A stretch of 64,000 nt of DNA, taken from the NCBI GenBank assembly GCA_964560765.1, contig CAZLMG010000001.1:5612-69611 (forward strand), written 5' to 3'. Each line of letters begins with the position of its first letter. The stretch's first letter is position 1. Source of the DNA: an uncultured Oligoflexales bacterium (GTDB lineage: Bacteria > Bdellovibrionota_B > Oligoflexia > Oligoflexales > CAZLMG01). Below the pieces are notes generated by a model. It did not search any database. It worked only from the letters and a program-made list of their open reading frames with translations, and was not told the DNA's origin. The translations under genes were made by a program, and so were the position numbers. Of the stretch, positions 9,445-19,862 are shown one piece after another.

Positions 9445-10488
9445 TCAGGAAGCGTTTGGCCTCGGTGTATTGGGGCCTGATGGTGGCAGAATCGGCAACG
9501 CTATGTTGGGCTGCTTCCCAGTCAGCGTCCGTAGAAATGCCGAGATCTTTTGAACTTCATCTGTTGGCAATTCCATGCCCAGTTGATGCCGGCCCATGAT
9601 GACAACGACTTCCTCGAGAGTCCAAACCGAGCCATCGTGTAAATAGGGATAAGTCAGCTCGACGTTCCTCAGGGTTGGGACTTTGAAGACGTTACGATCG
9701 TTCTCATCCTTGGTCACCGCAATTCGACCTTCAATCTTTGATGCAGTCGGGAATGCCTTTACCAAGCCAAACTTCTGAAAGGAAGTAGCGCCCACGGCCG
9801 GTCCATTGTGACAACCGACACAGCCCCGCTCTTTAAATAGCTGGTACCCGGCCAGTTCTACTTGATTCAGCGCCTTATCGTTGCCCTCCAGCCACTGATC
9901 AAATCGAGAACCGGGCGTGACTAGCGTCTCCTCGAAAGCAGCGATGGCGCGCTGAACTCTTTCCATGGTGATCTTAGAATCTTTGTAAGCAGCCTGAAAG
10001 AGCGGAGCATACCCGGGAATGGATGCCAATACTTCCACAGCTAATTCATGCGTCGAACCCATCTCGCCTGGATTCGCAACGGGCCCACCAGCTTGCTCCA
10101 CCAAATCCTTGGCACGACCATCCCAAAACTGCGCCACCGAATAGGAGCTATTCAAAACGGTTGGCGAGTTGATCGGCCCAATATTCCACTTGTGACCAAT
10201 TGACGACGGCAAGTTATCGACGCCTCCAGTCGCCAAGTTATGGCAGGAATTGCAGCTGATGAAACCAGACTTGGAAAGGCGTGGATCGAAGAATAGCAAC
10301 CTTCCTAAATTGACTTCCGCCGCGTTGCTAACTTTCGCCGCCTTAATTGGCGCAATTGGCTCATTTGTCCTGACAACTGCGCCCGCCAGAGTGGCCCGGC
10401 CTAAGATACAAACGACAAGACCGACCACCGCAGCCAATCGAGCGATCGCCTTTGCATTTCCATCTTTCATCTCCAAGAACATATGCAT
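9445..10488 (-). CDS. di-haem cytochrome c peroxidase (CCP/MauG family)
   Basis: Two CXXCH sites (CNSCH, CVGCH). FDPRLS, WDGRA, PGEMG and VPTLRNVELTYPYLHDG are CCP hallmarks. An N-terminal signal or anchor is present. Confidence 0.85.
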   Translation of the reverse strand: MHMFLEMKDGNAKAIARLAAVVGLVVCILGRATLAGAVVRTNEPIAPIKAAKVSNAAEVNLGRLLFFDPRLSKSGFISCNSCHNLATGGVDNLPSSIGHKWNIGPINSPTVLNSSYSVAQFWDGRAKDLVEQAGGPVANPGEMGSTHELAVEVLASIPGYAPLFQAAYKDSKITMERVQRAIAAFEETLVTPGSRFDQWLEGNDKALNQVELAGYQLFKERGCVGCHNGPAVGATSFQKFGLVKAFPTASKIEGRIAVTKDENDRNVFKVPTLRNVELTYPYLHDGSVWTLEEVVVIMGRHQLGMELPTDEVQKISAFLRTLTGKQPNIALPILPPSGPNTPRPNAS

Positions 10489-10600
10489 TCTCCTTTTGTT
10501 TGCCCAAGCTCACCTTAGCCGATCTTGTAACATGGAAATAGTTCATTTACTTGATCGCCATGATCGATTAAATCGAACATTCGAAGAGAGAGATAGCATC

Positions 10601-11494
10601 ATGAGCCTCGGCAATCACCTAGAAAAGATCGCCTACTTCCAAACCGTCTGCGAAGCAGGGACCTTTCGCAAGGCATCGCAACTATTACGTTTATCCCAGT
10701 CCAGCCTGAGTGTGGCGGTCACCAAGCTAGAGTCGAGTGTTGGCCGACCACTGTTGATTCGGACAAAACGCGGTGTCCGCCCAACCACCGAGGGCGAGCT
10801 GATGCTGAAATTCGCTCGCGACCTCCGCGTCAGAATGTCGGACCTTTCCGCCAAGATCAACGCGCCTGCTGGATCTGTCGCCGGTCAATTGCGGTTAGGT
10901 GCCTACGACAGCATCGCGATTTACTTGCTGCCTCAGATCGTGCGGCATCTGCAAAAGCAGTTTCCCCATGTCGTGCTTACGGTCGCCATTGGCTCCAGCC
11001 TGCAACTTATGGAAAAGATTTCGGCGGGGGACATCGATATCGCCATCGCTGTCGATCCACCGAACTCCGAGAGAAATCGAACTTTTGAACTCTATCGCGA
11101 CAAGTTCAGCTGCTTCGCCACACGAGATGTTTTACAGCGAGGAGATAAGTTCTCAAAACCAGTCGCCGACTATCTCATCGGCATGTTTTCGGCGCGCGTG
11201 ACGCAGCGGAAAACCTTGGCAGATTTGCTGAATAAGCAGCTTCGTGATGACTCGAAAATCCTGAGCGTTGAAAGTTTCGAAATCGCCAAGTCACTGGCTT
11301 TGCAGGGCCTAGGAGTTGCCGTACTGCCACACCGAGTGGCCGAATTCGGCGGAACAGGTAAACAGCTTCACAAGATCAAAAGTCTGCCTTGTGAATTTGG
11401 CTCGCACCGCATTTGCCTCATTCTCAACGGCGATGACGAGTCACAGAACAGCCTGATCAAAGCCGTAGGTCACGAAATTCGCAAGCTAGTTTGA
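10601..11494 (+). CDS. LysR-family transcriptional regulator
   Basis: The HTH region reads FQTVCEAGTFRKASQLLRLSQSSLSVAVTKLESSVGRPLLIRTKRGVRPTTEGE. The gene is divergent from the peroxidase gene. ATG 10601 gives a typical length of about 297 aa; ATG 10532 is an alternative. Confidence 0.85.
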   Translation: MSLGNHLEKIAYFQTVCEAGTFRKASQLLRLSQSSLSVAVTKLESSVGRPLLIRTKRGVRPTTEGELMLKFARDLRVRMSDLSAKINAPAGSVAGQLRLGAYDSIAIYLLPQIVRHLQKQFPHVVLTVAIGSSLQLMEKISAGDIDIAIAVDPPNSERNRTFELYRDKFSCFATRDVLQRGDKFSKPVADYLIGMFSARVTQRKTLADLLNKQLRDDSKILSVESFEIAKSLALQGLGVAVLPHRVAEFGGTGKQLHKIKSLPCEFGSHRICLILNGDDESQNSLIKAVGHEIRKLV

Positions 11495-11511
11495 ACCCCA
11501 GTACTCGCCGG

Positions 11512-12141
11512 TCAATTCATCCGCTGATAGACGAATGGTCTGTCGACCTGAATACTGCCATCTGCATAGCGGGCGACATATAGGGTATCGCCGTCCACTT
11601 TGATGGTGCTCTTACGACTCTCGCCTTTTGCTCGCTTCGGCTCGCTGCTTGTATCATACGACAGCCCAGAAACATCGACCTCTCGTCCTACCGCCCATTG
11701 TTCCATGCCAAACTGGCGACGCTGTGAAAACGCCCGCGCCACAACTTCCTGATGCACAATGACTCGAGTCCCATCGGCAACAAAGTCATAAGTCGTCCAA
11801 CCTTCCAAATCCGCAGTTGCCTTCGCACTGGCGTTGCGATTCGGCTCGCGATAGGTTACGCGACGCCGCGCCTCGTCACAATTTGGGCCATCAAATCGCG
11901 CCCAGACAAAGGTAAAGGAGTTGGACTGAAACTCAACCCACTCACGGAATGTACTGTCTATTCCGGAGTCCTTCTCGCAGGCCGTGGCAAATTTAGCATC
12001 GCGCAGACCAACAAGTCCGAATGTCGAGCGAGAATCATTGCCACGAGGCGCACCGTCATTGCGCTCATCGCTCTCGGAGTTACAGGCTAGAGGAAACATA
12101 AAAAATAATGGCAGCAACATTGCGCCTACTTTGCGAGACAT
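11512..12141 (-). CDS. lipoprotein, function unknown
   Basis: MSRKVGAMLLPLFFMFPLAC gives a signal peptide with a lipobox-like Cys. Confidence 0.5.
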   Translation of the reverse strand: MSRKVGAMLLPLFFMFPLACNSESDERNDGAPRGNDSRSTFGLVGLRDAKFATACEKDSGIDSTFREWVEFQSNSFTFVWARFDGPNCDEARRRVTYREPNRNASAKATADLEGWTTYDFVADGTRVIVHQEVVARAFSQRRQFGMEQWAVGREVDVSGLSYDTSSEPKRAKGESRKSTIKVDGDTLYVARYADGSIQVDRPFVYQRMN

Positions 12142-12229
12142 CGGCCCCCTCCCAGGTTTAGGTAATGACTGCGGAAGGGGTTATTATCGCAATTTTCAGG
12201 GCGAAACAATGGGGCTTTTTCATGGCGCC

Positions 12230-14257
12230 TTAGCGCGCGATACTACAAGAAACCGTCTGCTGGCATCGATAGCGGCTCAGCCCTCGGATGCTTTGCTCGC
12301 ACTTCGCAAGCGCCTTGGTTGCGACGCGCAATTTATTTTGCTCGAGCTCTGGTGCCGATAGGGAGGCGGCCACATCTTCTCGGACATCGATAGTGTCAGC
12401 TAACACCGCATTCGAGTTCCGATCAAAGATTTGAGCCGAGCACAAGATGACTTGCTTACCACCAGCGTTGGCGGGGGTGCCTGGTTTTTGCGTTCCTGGC
12501 AGACCAATTGACGGCGGCGCCGAGTTTCCGCCCGAATTCTCTGCATAGGCAACAGTTCCAATTCTTTTGAAGTGCTGCCGAAAGACGTCTCGTTGCACGA
12601 TACCGCCCGTGGTCAGAATGTTCCCCATCGCCGCAAACAAGGTGGCGTCGTTGCGAATAATGCGGCGCAGCTCGTCCGGGTTAATGCCGACCTCGCCCGC
12701 CGCCTTCTCCAGAAACAGATTCGCCTCAAAGTGCCGTACGACATTGTGCACCGGGTCGGGCGCATTGGGGTTGATGCCCAACTTTTGCAGAGTTGCCATA
12801 AAGTTGTCACGGTCTAACTTCTGCAAGCGCGTCACTTCATCTGGCTTGTATAGCCTCGCTAATGCGGCCAAGTCGATGTTCGGCGCGACGCCCCCTGCAC
12901 GAAACTTGCTGAGTACCTGATCCTCTTGGAAAATGATCCCTTGCGAGTGGCAACGCATGCAGGAGCGCCCGTTGATCACTTTGCCATCTCTCTGCGCCGG
13001 ATCTTTGACGATGTCCGTCGCATCCACACGCGGAATGTTTCGACTCCGCCCATCGGTCAGCATGTAACCATGCAGTCCGTTGGGCAGGGTGAAAATGATC
13101 TCGCCACCATCGTGCTCAAAGGAGTTGCTAAACGCTTCCCGTGGCCCCAGAGGAAATTGGAAAAGATTCTGGCGATCGATATTGCTGCCAAAGTCGTAGC
13201 TAATCCAAAATGCACCGTTGCCCAAAGGATACGGATGCCGGTCAATCATGCGGTTGTTGGACGAAACTCCAGAGCCGTTGAATCCCGCCCGCACAACATC
13301 GCCCCGCTGCAAGGCCTGCGCAATGGAGTATCCGGGGCCGAAGAGTTGCTGTACCAGAGCATCCACCGTAGCCGGTATCCCCAGCAACTGATCATAAAGT
13401 GGGGGTACTGATGCCACCACGATCAGCCAGTCGCCGCGCATAACCGGACCCTGATCTCCTAACTCTTTGCGCAGGCGCTCAGCTGCTTCTGATGGCAGAT
13501 AGATCTCGTAGTCATCTCGTTGCTTCAGGCTGGACCAATGAGCTGCGGTCAATCCAAAGTCGCGCAAATCGGTGCGAAACAGGGTCAAGTTGGAACCCGC
13601 TACCGGTGCGATGGACGCCAGCGGTTGTCGCGAGATGCTATTTAGAAACTTAACCAAAGCGTCACGATGCACCTGAACTTCAGCTGCATCATACACGGGT
13701 TTGCCATCAGCGAATCGGGCATTAGCGATATGGGCATTGGAAACATAGCGGGTAAAGGCACGGTCGCGCCCATGAACAAGAGTCAGGTCCGCCAACATCA
13801 GTTGATACTGATCTTCGAAGCTAAGGAGGGCCACTTGCGGCACACTAGCATTCACCTCTTTACGCCCCAGGGCCACGATCCAATCATTGATGGCCTGCTT
13901 TTCTGCGGCGCTCAAGGGATCAGCCGCACTGGCTGGTGGCATCTCGTTGCTATTGATGCGCGCCGCCAATTTCGATTGGGCGACGTTGCCTGGCACCACC
14001 AGCCCACGCGCCGCGAGCACATCGACTTGATCGACGAAGTCGAAGCCGCCTTCATCTGCACCATTGGCATGGCAATCACCACAGCGTGCCGTCAATATTT
14101 CTCCGGCCCGCTGCGCTAGAGCCGCAACCTCGGCCGTATCGGCGTGCAGCTCGGCGCGGGGATCGAGTTGCCGAAGGCGACAAGCGCTGGTGACATGCAA
14201 TATGGCGATTAAGACAAATAAGTAGCGCACAGCGGCCCCCTGCCCGAGTGAGGTCAA
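12230..14257 (-). CDS. exported protein with N-terminal PSCyt1-like (planctomycete cytochrome c-like) domain and a second CXXCH site
   Basis: CGDCHANG...GLVVPGNVAQSKL...MPP...LSAAEKQAINDWI matches the PSCyt1 pattern as I recall it. A second CMRCH site lies mid-protein. A signal peptide is present. Confidence 0.55.
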   Translation of the reverse strand: MTSLGQGAAVRYLFVLIAILHVTSACRLRQLDPRAELHADTAEVAALAQRAGEILTARCGDCHANGADEGGFDFVDQVDVLAARGLVVPGNVAQSKLAARINSNEMPPASAADPLSAAEKQAINDWIVALGRKEVNASVPQVALLSFEDQYQLMLADLTLVHGRDRAFTRYVSNAHIANARFADGKPVYDAAEVQVHRDALVKFLNSISRQPLASIAPVAGSNLTLFRTDLRDFGLTAAHWSSLKQRDDYEIYLPSEAAERLRKELGDQGPVMRGDWLIVVASVPPLYDQLLGIPATVDALVQQLFGPGYSIAQALQRGDVVRAGFNGSGVSSNNRMIDRHPYPLGNGAFWISYDFGSNIDRQNLFQFPLGPREAFSNSFEHDGGEIIFTLPNGLHGYMLTDGRSRNIPRVDATDIVKDPAQRDGKVINGRSCMRCHSQGIIFQEDQVLSKFRAGGVAPNIDLAALARLYKPDEVTRLQKLDRDNFMATLQKLGINPNAPDPVHNVVRHFEANLFLEKAAGEVGINPDELRRIIRNDATLFAAMGNILTTGGIVQRDVFRQHFKRIGTVAYAENSGGNSAPPSIGLPGTQKPGTPANAGGKQVILCSAQIFDRNSNAVLADTIDVREDVAASLSAPELEQNKLRVATKALAKCEQSIRGLSRYRCQQTVSCSIAR

Positions 14258-14508
14258 CGATCTGAGGCAGCAAGCAGCAATTTGGGGACCAAGCGGGAAC
14301 GGTGAAGCGCTGGGTAAGTTTCATCAAGGACGTGCAGGCGTTGCCGAGGTGCAGCGGAGCGCCAAACTTTCTGCCAGCTGTCCAATGGGACTCATGGGAA
14401 ACGGCGCTGAGAACCTAACGCAGAAGTAGGACTGTGTTTTCTACGAACGCGTCCTGCCAATAGGGACGATTTCGTGTGCGAGGGGGAGCTCAGGAGTTGT
14501 CGGTTGGT

Positions 14509-15144
14509 TCAATTAGCAAAGATTTGCGTTCCATAGTAAGCGTTACCAATCTTGAAAACGCCGGCTCCCAGCCATGTATAACTGCCTAACATGTTGCGCC
14601 GATGTCCAAAACTGCCAGCCCACATATCGACAAACCTCTGCGCAACATCTTCTGCGGAATTCGCTCCGCCGCCAAAGTACGCGACGTTCTCCGCCAGGAA
14701 GCTCATGGACTCGAGGTCAGAAAATGTCGTGCGATAGAGATCTGAACGCTGCTGGGGAAATCCAGCATGACTTAAAGATCCGCGCTCGGCTTGCTGTCGA
14801 GACCAATCACGCGCCACATACGAGAGCGCTGCATGATGCTTCAGAGGGGATGATGTTGGTCGCAGCTCATTAGTCAAGCGCACGATGGCGGCCTCGACCT
14901 CGCAGGTAAACGTATCGGCGCCGATACATTCTGCCTTCGTGTCGAAGGCTGTAGCATTTTCGGCGGAGTTATCGACTGGGTTTCGCGAGGCTGTGGCATC
15001 CGCGTTCGTCGCTTTTCTGGATGTCTGCGCGCTCATTTGCTGTGCTGTTACTCGATCCGCGCTCTGATTCGCATCCGAATCGTCACCGCACCCCACCGTG
15101 ACCAACGCAAGCACAATCTGCATGGAAAGCCTGAATCGAATCAC
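14509..15144 (-). CDS. CAP/SCP (PR-1-like, YkwD-type) domain lipoprotein
   Basis: VTVGC lipobox. The C-terminal region reads LTNELR...LKHHAALSYVARDWSRQQA...AENVAY...FGHRRNML...WLGAGV, which resembles an SCP domain. Confidence 0.7.
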   Translation of the reverse strand: MIRFRLSMQIVLALVTVGCGDDSDANQSADRVTAQQMSAQTSRKATNADATASRNPVDNSAENATAFDTKAECIGADTFTCEVEAAIVRLTNELRPTSSPLKHHAALSYVARDWSRQQAERGSLSHAGFPQQRSDLYRTTFSDLESMSFLAENVAYFGGGANSAEDVAQRFVDMWAGSFGHRRNMLGSYTWLGAGVFKIGNAYYGTQIFAN

Positions 15145-15314
15145 GACGTCCTCCAGAAAAACGCGACGCCTCCAGCTGCCTATCGCGCTATGAAGTTATC
15201 GGACGACGTCCTGCCTTGTTGCATCGTGGCTAAAACCCACGGAAACCACCTCGAAAATTGGCCTGTATTGCAGGATGCTTGCTTGGTGATAGGGAGGACC
15301 GAAGTGATTTCGCG

Positions 15315-16928
15315 TCAGCGAGGGCGCTGATTTTCGTAGATCAAGGCGATCTCCTCTTCGGAGAGTGCGCGCTCCCAAACGCTTAACTCATCGATGTCGC
15401 CCTTGAAGGTCTCACCAGCCAAAGTAAAGTCCGGAGTCGAACCGAACCTTAGGGAGTAGATGCTCTCAGTTGCCCCTGAGTTTGCGGAATTTTGAAGCAC
15501 ACCATCGAGATAGATTCGACGATGACTTCCATTCCACGTGATAGCAATCATATACCAGGTATCAATGTCGAGAAAACCACCAGAGCCAAGAGGCGCCGTA
15601 AGGGCTGATGTCGAGGAATGAAACGTATAGCGAAATTCGTCTCCGTAAACAAAAATCACCTCAAGAGCGGCAATCGAAGGATCTCCGAATCTAGCGCCGC
15701 CAAAAAATACCCAGTTTGGCTGCGACGAGTTTGGTCGAAACCAGCCAGTGATTGCGCCCTGATTCGTCGAGTAGTTTGGTACGTTTGTCGAACTGATATA
15801 CTCGAGAGCGCCGGCTCCAAGAAAGGCTCCGCCAATGAGTCCAGAGCTCGTCGCTAAATTGCCCGCATTTGGCTTGCTAATCTGAAAAATGTTCGCTGTT
15901 GCAGCGGCGTCCTCCAAGACGTCACCATTGGCCATACTTGCATCGTTCAAATGCAGCAGATGCGTCACGCCCGTCATGTCGATCCATGGATTGGCGGCAC
16001 CCGGATCGGGAAACTCGCGCGGTAACCCAGCCAACGCCGCCGCGTCAAATGCCATGGTGGTGATTCCTGGCGAGAACGGATGGCCTTCCTGCATGGCACA
16101 CAGGCGAAAGCCATACGACAGTTCTGGATCAAGTCCGGTAACAACGGCACTGGTGTCGGCACCGATCTTGTCGCTGGGCTGCACGTACCAAGTCGCGCAA
16201 TCGGGGGGAATTCCCCCTGGCCGGTAAGCTAACTGATAAGAGACACCCGGCGTCGCACTGGCGGTCCAGGTCGCCGTCGCGTCGATACCGTCGGCGCTGC
16301 GAACGACGTTCAACTGTCCAGCATCTCCCGGCGCCGGAGCGCGAACAAAGCCCGGGGGTCCCGACTCTGCATCCGTCAAGCAAACAACCGCGAAATTGCT
16401 GGCACCCACTTTGGCACTGATGGTGAATGTAACAAAGTCGCCGGCATCGGCTTGCGATAGATCGGCGCTATCGACATAGACTTTGTCCGAACCAAGGCCC
16501 GCAACCAAGTCGGGAAGCTCCAGAATCATCGCCACTGCCGCACACGCGTCGACGTCCGCTTTCTCCGCATAAACCCGCAAACGACTGCCACCCTTCGGCT
16601 GGACATCGTCGCCATTCGCCAAGGTCATGGACGTCGCTGCCGCTTGATTCAGCGCATTGTCAATCACCCAAGCGGTTTCTGGCTTGGCATAGCGAATGGC
16701 AATCGTTCCCGACGCCGCATCAAACACACCGGTCGGTACAAAGATATTGGCGCGCCCATCCGGCGTCTCGGCAAGGAACCCAGGAATATCCTCGTCCGAG
16801 TGGGTCGGGCGTTTCTTGGACGTAGGCGAGGAGCCGCTTTCGGCGCTTTGCGCTCCCGGCTTTGTACAGCCAAAAAGTATCGCGAAGCTCGCGACCAGAG
16901 CACCCATTTTTCTGCGAAAGCAGGCCAT
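15315..16928 (-). CDS. lipoprotein with FN3-like and C-terminal LamG/concanavalin-like domain
   Basis: ILFGC lipobox. The Laminin_G_3-type ending is FKGDIDELSVWERALSEEEIALIY. A mid-protein FN3-like segment reads ATWTASATPGVSYQLAYR...VTGLDPELSYGFRL. IPGFL motif at 16773-16787. Confidence 0.65.
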   Translation of the reverse strand: MACFRRKMGALVASFAILFGCTKPGAQSAESGSSPTSKKRPTHSDEDIPGFLAETPDGRANIFVPTGVFDAASGTIAIRYAKPETAWVIDNALNQAAATSMTLANGDDVQPKGGSRLRVYAEKADVDACAAVAMILELPDLVAGLGSDKVYVDSADLSQADAGDFVTFTISAKVGASNFAVVCLTDAESGPPGFVRAPAPGDAGQLNVVRSADGIDATATWTASATPGVSYQLAYRPGGIPPDCATWYVQPSDKIGADTSAVVTGLDPELSYGFRLCAMQEGHPFSPGITTMAFDAAALAGLPREFPDPGAANPWIDMTGVTHLLHLNDASMANGDVLEDAAATANIFQISKPNAGNLATSSGLIGGAFLGAGALEYISSTNVPNYSTNQGAITGWFRPNSSQPNWVFFGGARFGDPSIAALEVIFVYGDEFRYTFHSSTSALTAPLGSGGFLDIDTWYMIAITWNGSHRRIYLDGVLQNSANSGATESIYSLRFGSTPDFTLAGETFKGDIDELSVWERALSEEEIALIYENQRPR

Positions 16929-17024
16929 TTCACTCCCCCTTTTCCCTCCTATCGGAGATTCGGCCCAGAAGTTAAAGAATTCGGCTTACTGGGCCGAAAA
17001 GACTGGGAAAGGGGGCATGGCATC

Positions 17025-18923
17025 GTGCAAGCATTCAGTCGCAGTTTTCGGCTTACCCTGTTGACGCTGATCTTGGCGTTCACTGTGAGTCACTGCACGC
17101 GCGCCAAGAGCAACGGCGAGGCACGACCCGGTTCAACTGGCAGCGAGACCCTACCAGGCTACTTGCGCGATCGACAGCCCATCACTGTAGCTGCTGGTGG
17201 TGTATTGACGGTCAAAGGCGCCACCGCACGCTTTGACGCGGGCAGCTTCGGGGCAGACAAAGTTGGTGACCTACGGGTCCTCAGTCAGCCTTCTATCTCT
17301 CTTGAGCAAGCGTATGTCGTTGGTTCGCCTTTGCGCCTTCAAGTTGAAAATGCGGACGGCGGTCTGGCTCCGGCCGCGGAGCTGCAGCGCCCTTGGCAAT
17401 TGACGATGACTGCAAGTGGCATCACCAATCGAGAAAAACTCTTTATCTTGGTCATTGAAAATCCTGGTGCCACCGATGAGTCCATCTCCTTGGTGCGGAA
17501 CACATCATTCTCAGTTACCGGCGCTGGTGGCGAGATCACCATCGCTTGGCAAACCCGTCGCATCAATGTCGATATCATCTTGTTCGAAGGCGAGCCGCCA
17601 GCGAACGTTACCGAAGGCGTCAGTATCACGCTCATTTCTCCGGCGCGAGGATCGTCAGCGGGTGGCACTGAGTTGACGATTCAAGGTACGGCATTGACAG
17701 CAGAGCTTTCGATTACCATCGATGGAGCCGCATGCATCGGTGCCGTTGTGCATACCAGTAGTCGCATGACCTGCACGACACCAGCGCATGCACCTGGCCC
17801 CGTCATTATCGTCATTTCACAAGTCGGTGCGATACTTGCCAGCTCGAACTACTCCTACGTTGCCAGCGGGTCATCTTTCCTTCTGAACTCCACGGGCGCA
17901 CCGCAAGGGCGATACTACCATCGGGCCGTGTGGACAGGTTCGAAGATGATCGTGCACGGAGGCAGCTGCTCAGCCGACGAAGTGTGTACTAGCATGGGCA
18001 TTTACGATCCAGCTATGGACACATGGCAAGAGGGTGTTGCGGCTACACCGGCAAGTATCGGAGCCCGCGACCATGCTGCCGTCTGGACGGGCAGCCAGCT
18101 ATTAGTGTGGGGAGGTGCGACTGTTGAAAACGAATGGACCAATGCCGGAGCCCTATACGACCCGGCAACCAACAGCTGGACCACCATCTCAAACGTCGAT
18201 GCCCCCGTTTGGCGACAAGGATACACTTCGGTCTGGACAGGAACACATCTCGTCATCTGGGGTGGTCGAGATGCATTTACGTCGCCCACTTCCTACAACA
18301 CCGGAGCCATGTACTCACCCGCTACCGATACTTGGACGGCCATGACTCTGAATGGCGCGCCAGGCGGCGTTTATGGCCCTGTCGCCGCCTGGACAGGAGA
18401 TCGAGTGCTCATTGGTGGCGGACTTGGTGGCGGCAACGCAGGACAGACGACCGTCAAGTTTTTCGATCCGACCACGAACAGTTGGACGCCAGGGGCGAAT
18501 TTTCCAAGCCCCATCTCCCAGGCACCCGCCGGCATGATTGACGGGAAGATATGGGTATGGAGCCGCGGCGGTACTGGTGACAATGACAGCATCGTGACTT
18601 GGAATCCAGTTTCACCTGCCAGCTGGAGCACCTTTGAAGCCCCCGGCCAGCGTAACGCCTTCGCCCATGCTGTCGTGGGCAACAAACTCTTCGTGGCTGG
18701 TGGAATCAACTCGTCGCACAATGAGGCGTACGGAACACTATTGCAATTTAACTCTATAGGTGGAGGTTGGTCGAATCTCGGTACTCCACAAGCATCGCTG
18801 GACCCCCTCACATCAGCGGCTGCGATCAGTACCGGTGGCGAATTTATCGTCTGGGGCGGCACCGAGGACATTTACGATTCAGACGCGGGCATCATTCAAA
18901 GCGGATATATTTACATTCCCTAA
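17025..18923 (+). CDS. exported IPT/TIG plus Kelch-repeat protein
   Basis: The GTG 17025 start gives a signal peptide (M)QAFSRSFRLTLLTLILAFTVSHC. IPT/TIG segment: GGTELTIQGTAL...ITIDGAAC...RMTCTTPAHAPGPVIIV. Repeated [HA]AAVWTGSxxxVWGG Kelch-like blades follow. LPGYL motif at 17151-17165. The upstream part of track ORF 16644.. overlaps the divergent gene and is rejected. Confidence 0.7.
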   Translation: MQAFSRSFRLTLLTLILAFTVSHCTRAKSNGEARPGSTGSETLPGYLRDRQPITVAAGGVLTVKGATARFDAGSFGADKVGDLRVLSQPSISLEQAYVVGSPLRLQVENADGGLAPAAELQRPWQLTMTASGITNREKLFILVIENPGATDESISLVRNTSFSVTGAGGEITIAWQTRRINVDIILFEGEPPANVTEGVSITLISPARGSSAGGTELTIQGTALTAELSITIDGAACIGAVVHTSSRMTCTTPAHAPGPVIIVISQVGAILASSNYSYVASGSSFLLNSTGAPQGRYYHRAVWTGSKMIVHGGSCSADEVCTSMGIYDPAMDTWQEGVAATPASIGARDHAAVWTGSQLLVWGGATVENEWTNAGALYDPATNSWTTISNVDAPVWRQGYTSVWTGTHLVIWGGRDAFTSPTSYNTGAMYSPATDTWTAMTLNGAPGGVYGPVAAWTGDRVLIGGGLGGGNAGQTTVKFFDPTTNSWTPGANFPSPISQAPAGMIDGKIWVWSRGGTGDNDSIVTWNPVSPASWSTFEAPGQRNAFAHAVVGNKLFVAGGINSSHNEAYGTLLQFNSIGGGWSNLGTPQASLDPLTSAAAISTGGEFIVWGGTEDIYDSDAGIIQSGYIYIP

Positions 18924-18964
18924 GCGTTCCAAGGAATTGATGCAAGAAGAGGCTCCGTCCCAAC

Positions 18965-19141
18965 ATGCGCACTTCGCTCTTTCACTTTTTCATCCTGCTA
19001 GCGCTTGCCAGTTGCGGCGATGTTTCCGAACACTTTGCTGATCATGAAGATGCATCGAACTCTGATACTGGCGGCTCCACGGAAAGCTCCGCCCCTACAC
19101 CGGTGAAAGGCGTCAGCAATCCCCCCCCCAGCTGCGACTAG
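18965..19141 (+). CDS. small (58 aa) lipoprotein, not in the ORF track
   Basis: My own translation gives MRTSLFHFFILLALASCGDVSEHFADHEDASNSDTGGSTESSAPTPVKGVSNPPPSCD*. It has a canonical LASC lipobox. There is no strong RBS, and the ORF is short. Confidence 0.4.
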   Translation: MRTSLFHFFILLALASCGDVSEHFADHEDASNSDTGGSTESSAPTPVKGVSNPPPSCD

Positions 19142-19142
19142 G

Positions 19143-19862
19143 CTAGAAGGCTCCGCCGCCACCGACAATGAACGTCTGCTCGCCCGCCAGAATCGTTTCC
19201 GCCCTTAGGGTGAAACCATTGAGATCTATCAGGGCACCTAAGCGTAGGCTGAATTTTTCGTCGCGGTCAAAATCCGCATCAGCATTCACAGCCAGAGTGC
19301 CACTTGTAACCGTCGCTTCGAATTCACCCTTGCTACTGATGATGATGTCCGCGCCTGCATAGGGACGAAACTTGTTATTCACCGCGTGGGCAAAGATGGC
19401 GCCGATATGGACGTCGGTGATGCTGACTTCCGCTTCGATGCGGGCGATGCCGATTTTTTCTTCCAAATCTTCGGACCAGATATTCATCATCAAATAAGGT
19501 ACGACCTGTGACGCCGAGCCCACCTCGAAGCGACCTTGCACGCCACCGCCTACCAGCAAGCCACTGCCTTCGTAATCATACGGCCCTGAATCGATCTCTG
19601 AATCGACGATCATGCCCAATTGCGCAAAGACCGCCAGACTGGAGCCAAATCCGTGGCTCACCGCGCCACCAAAGATCGTTCGCTCTGAATCCGGATCACT
19701 TCTGCCGCTGTCATACTCAATCTCTGATATGGCAAGTCCAAGGGAGTAGCGCAACGCTCCCGTACTGAAGTGATTGCCCGCCGGCATGGCAAACGACAGC
19801 GACCGCGCTTCGATAGAAACGATACAACTTACGGCCAGTGCGAAGAGATGGAAAAGGTGCAT
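19143..19862 (-). CDS. putative outer-membrane beta-barrel protein
   Basis: Signal peptide MHLFHLFALAVSCIVSIEA. The sequence shows an alternating amphipathic pattern, is Gly-rich and ends in a terminal aromatic residue (...GGGGAF*). The ATG 19862 start is preferred over 19916. Confidence 0.5.
   Translation of the reverse strand: MHLFHLFALAVSCIVSIEARSLSFAMPAGNHFSTGALRYSLGLAISEIEYDSGRSDPDSERTIFGGAVSHGFGSSLAVFAQLGMIVDSEIDSGPYDYEGSGLLVGGGVQGRFEVGSASQVVPYLMMNIWSEDLEEKIGIARIEAEVSITDVHIGAIFAHAVNNKFRPYAGADIIISSKGEFEATVTSGTLAVNADADFDRDEKFSLRLGALIDLNGFTLRAETILAGEQTFIVGGGGAF

Noticed and set aside
10250-10600. N-terminal 117-codon extension of the LysR ORF
   Set aside because: It overlaps the peroxidase gene on the other strand. 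The LysR HTH begins right after ATG 10601, which gives a canonical length.
16644-17024. N-terminal extension of the Kelch/IPT ORF
   Set aside because: It runs antisense through the start of the LamG lipoprotein gene. The in-frame GTG 17025 yields a proper signal peptide.
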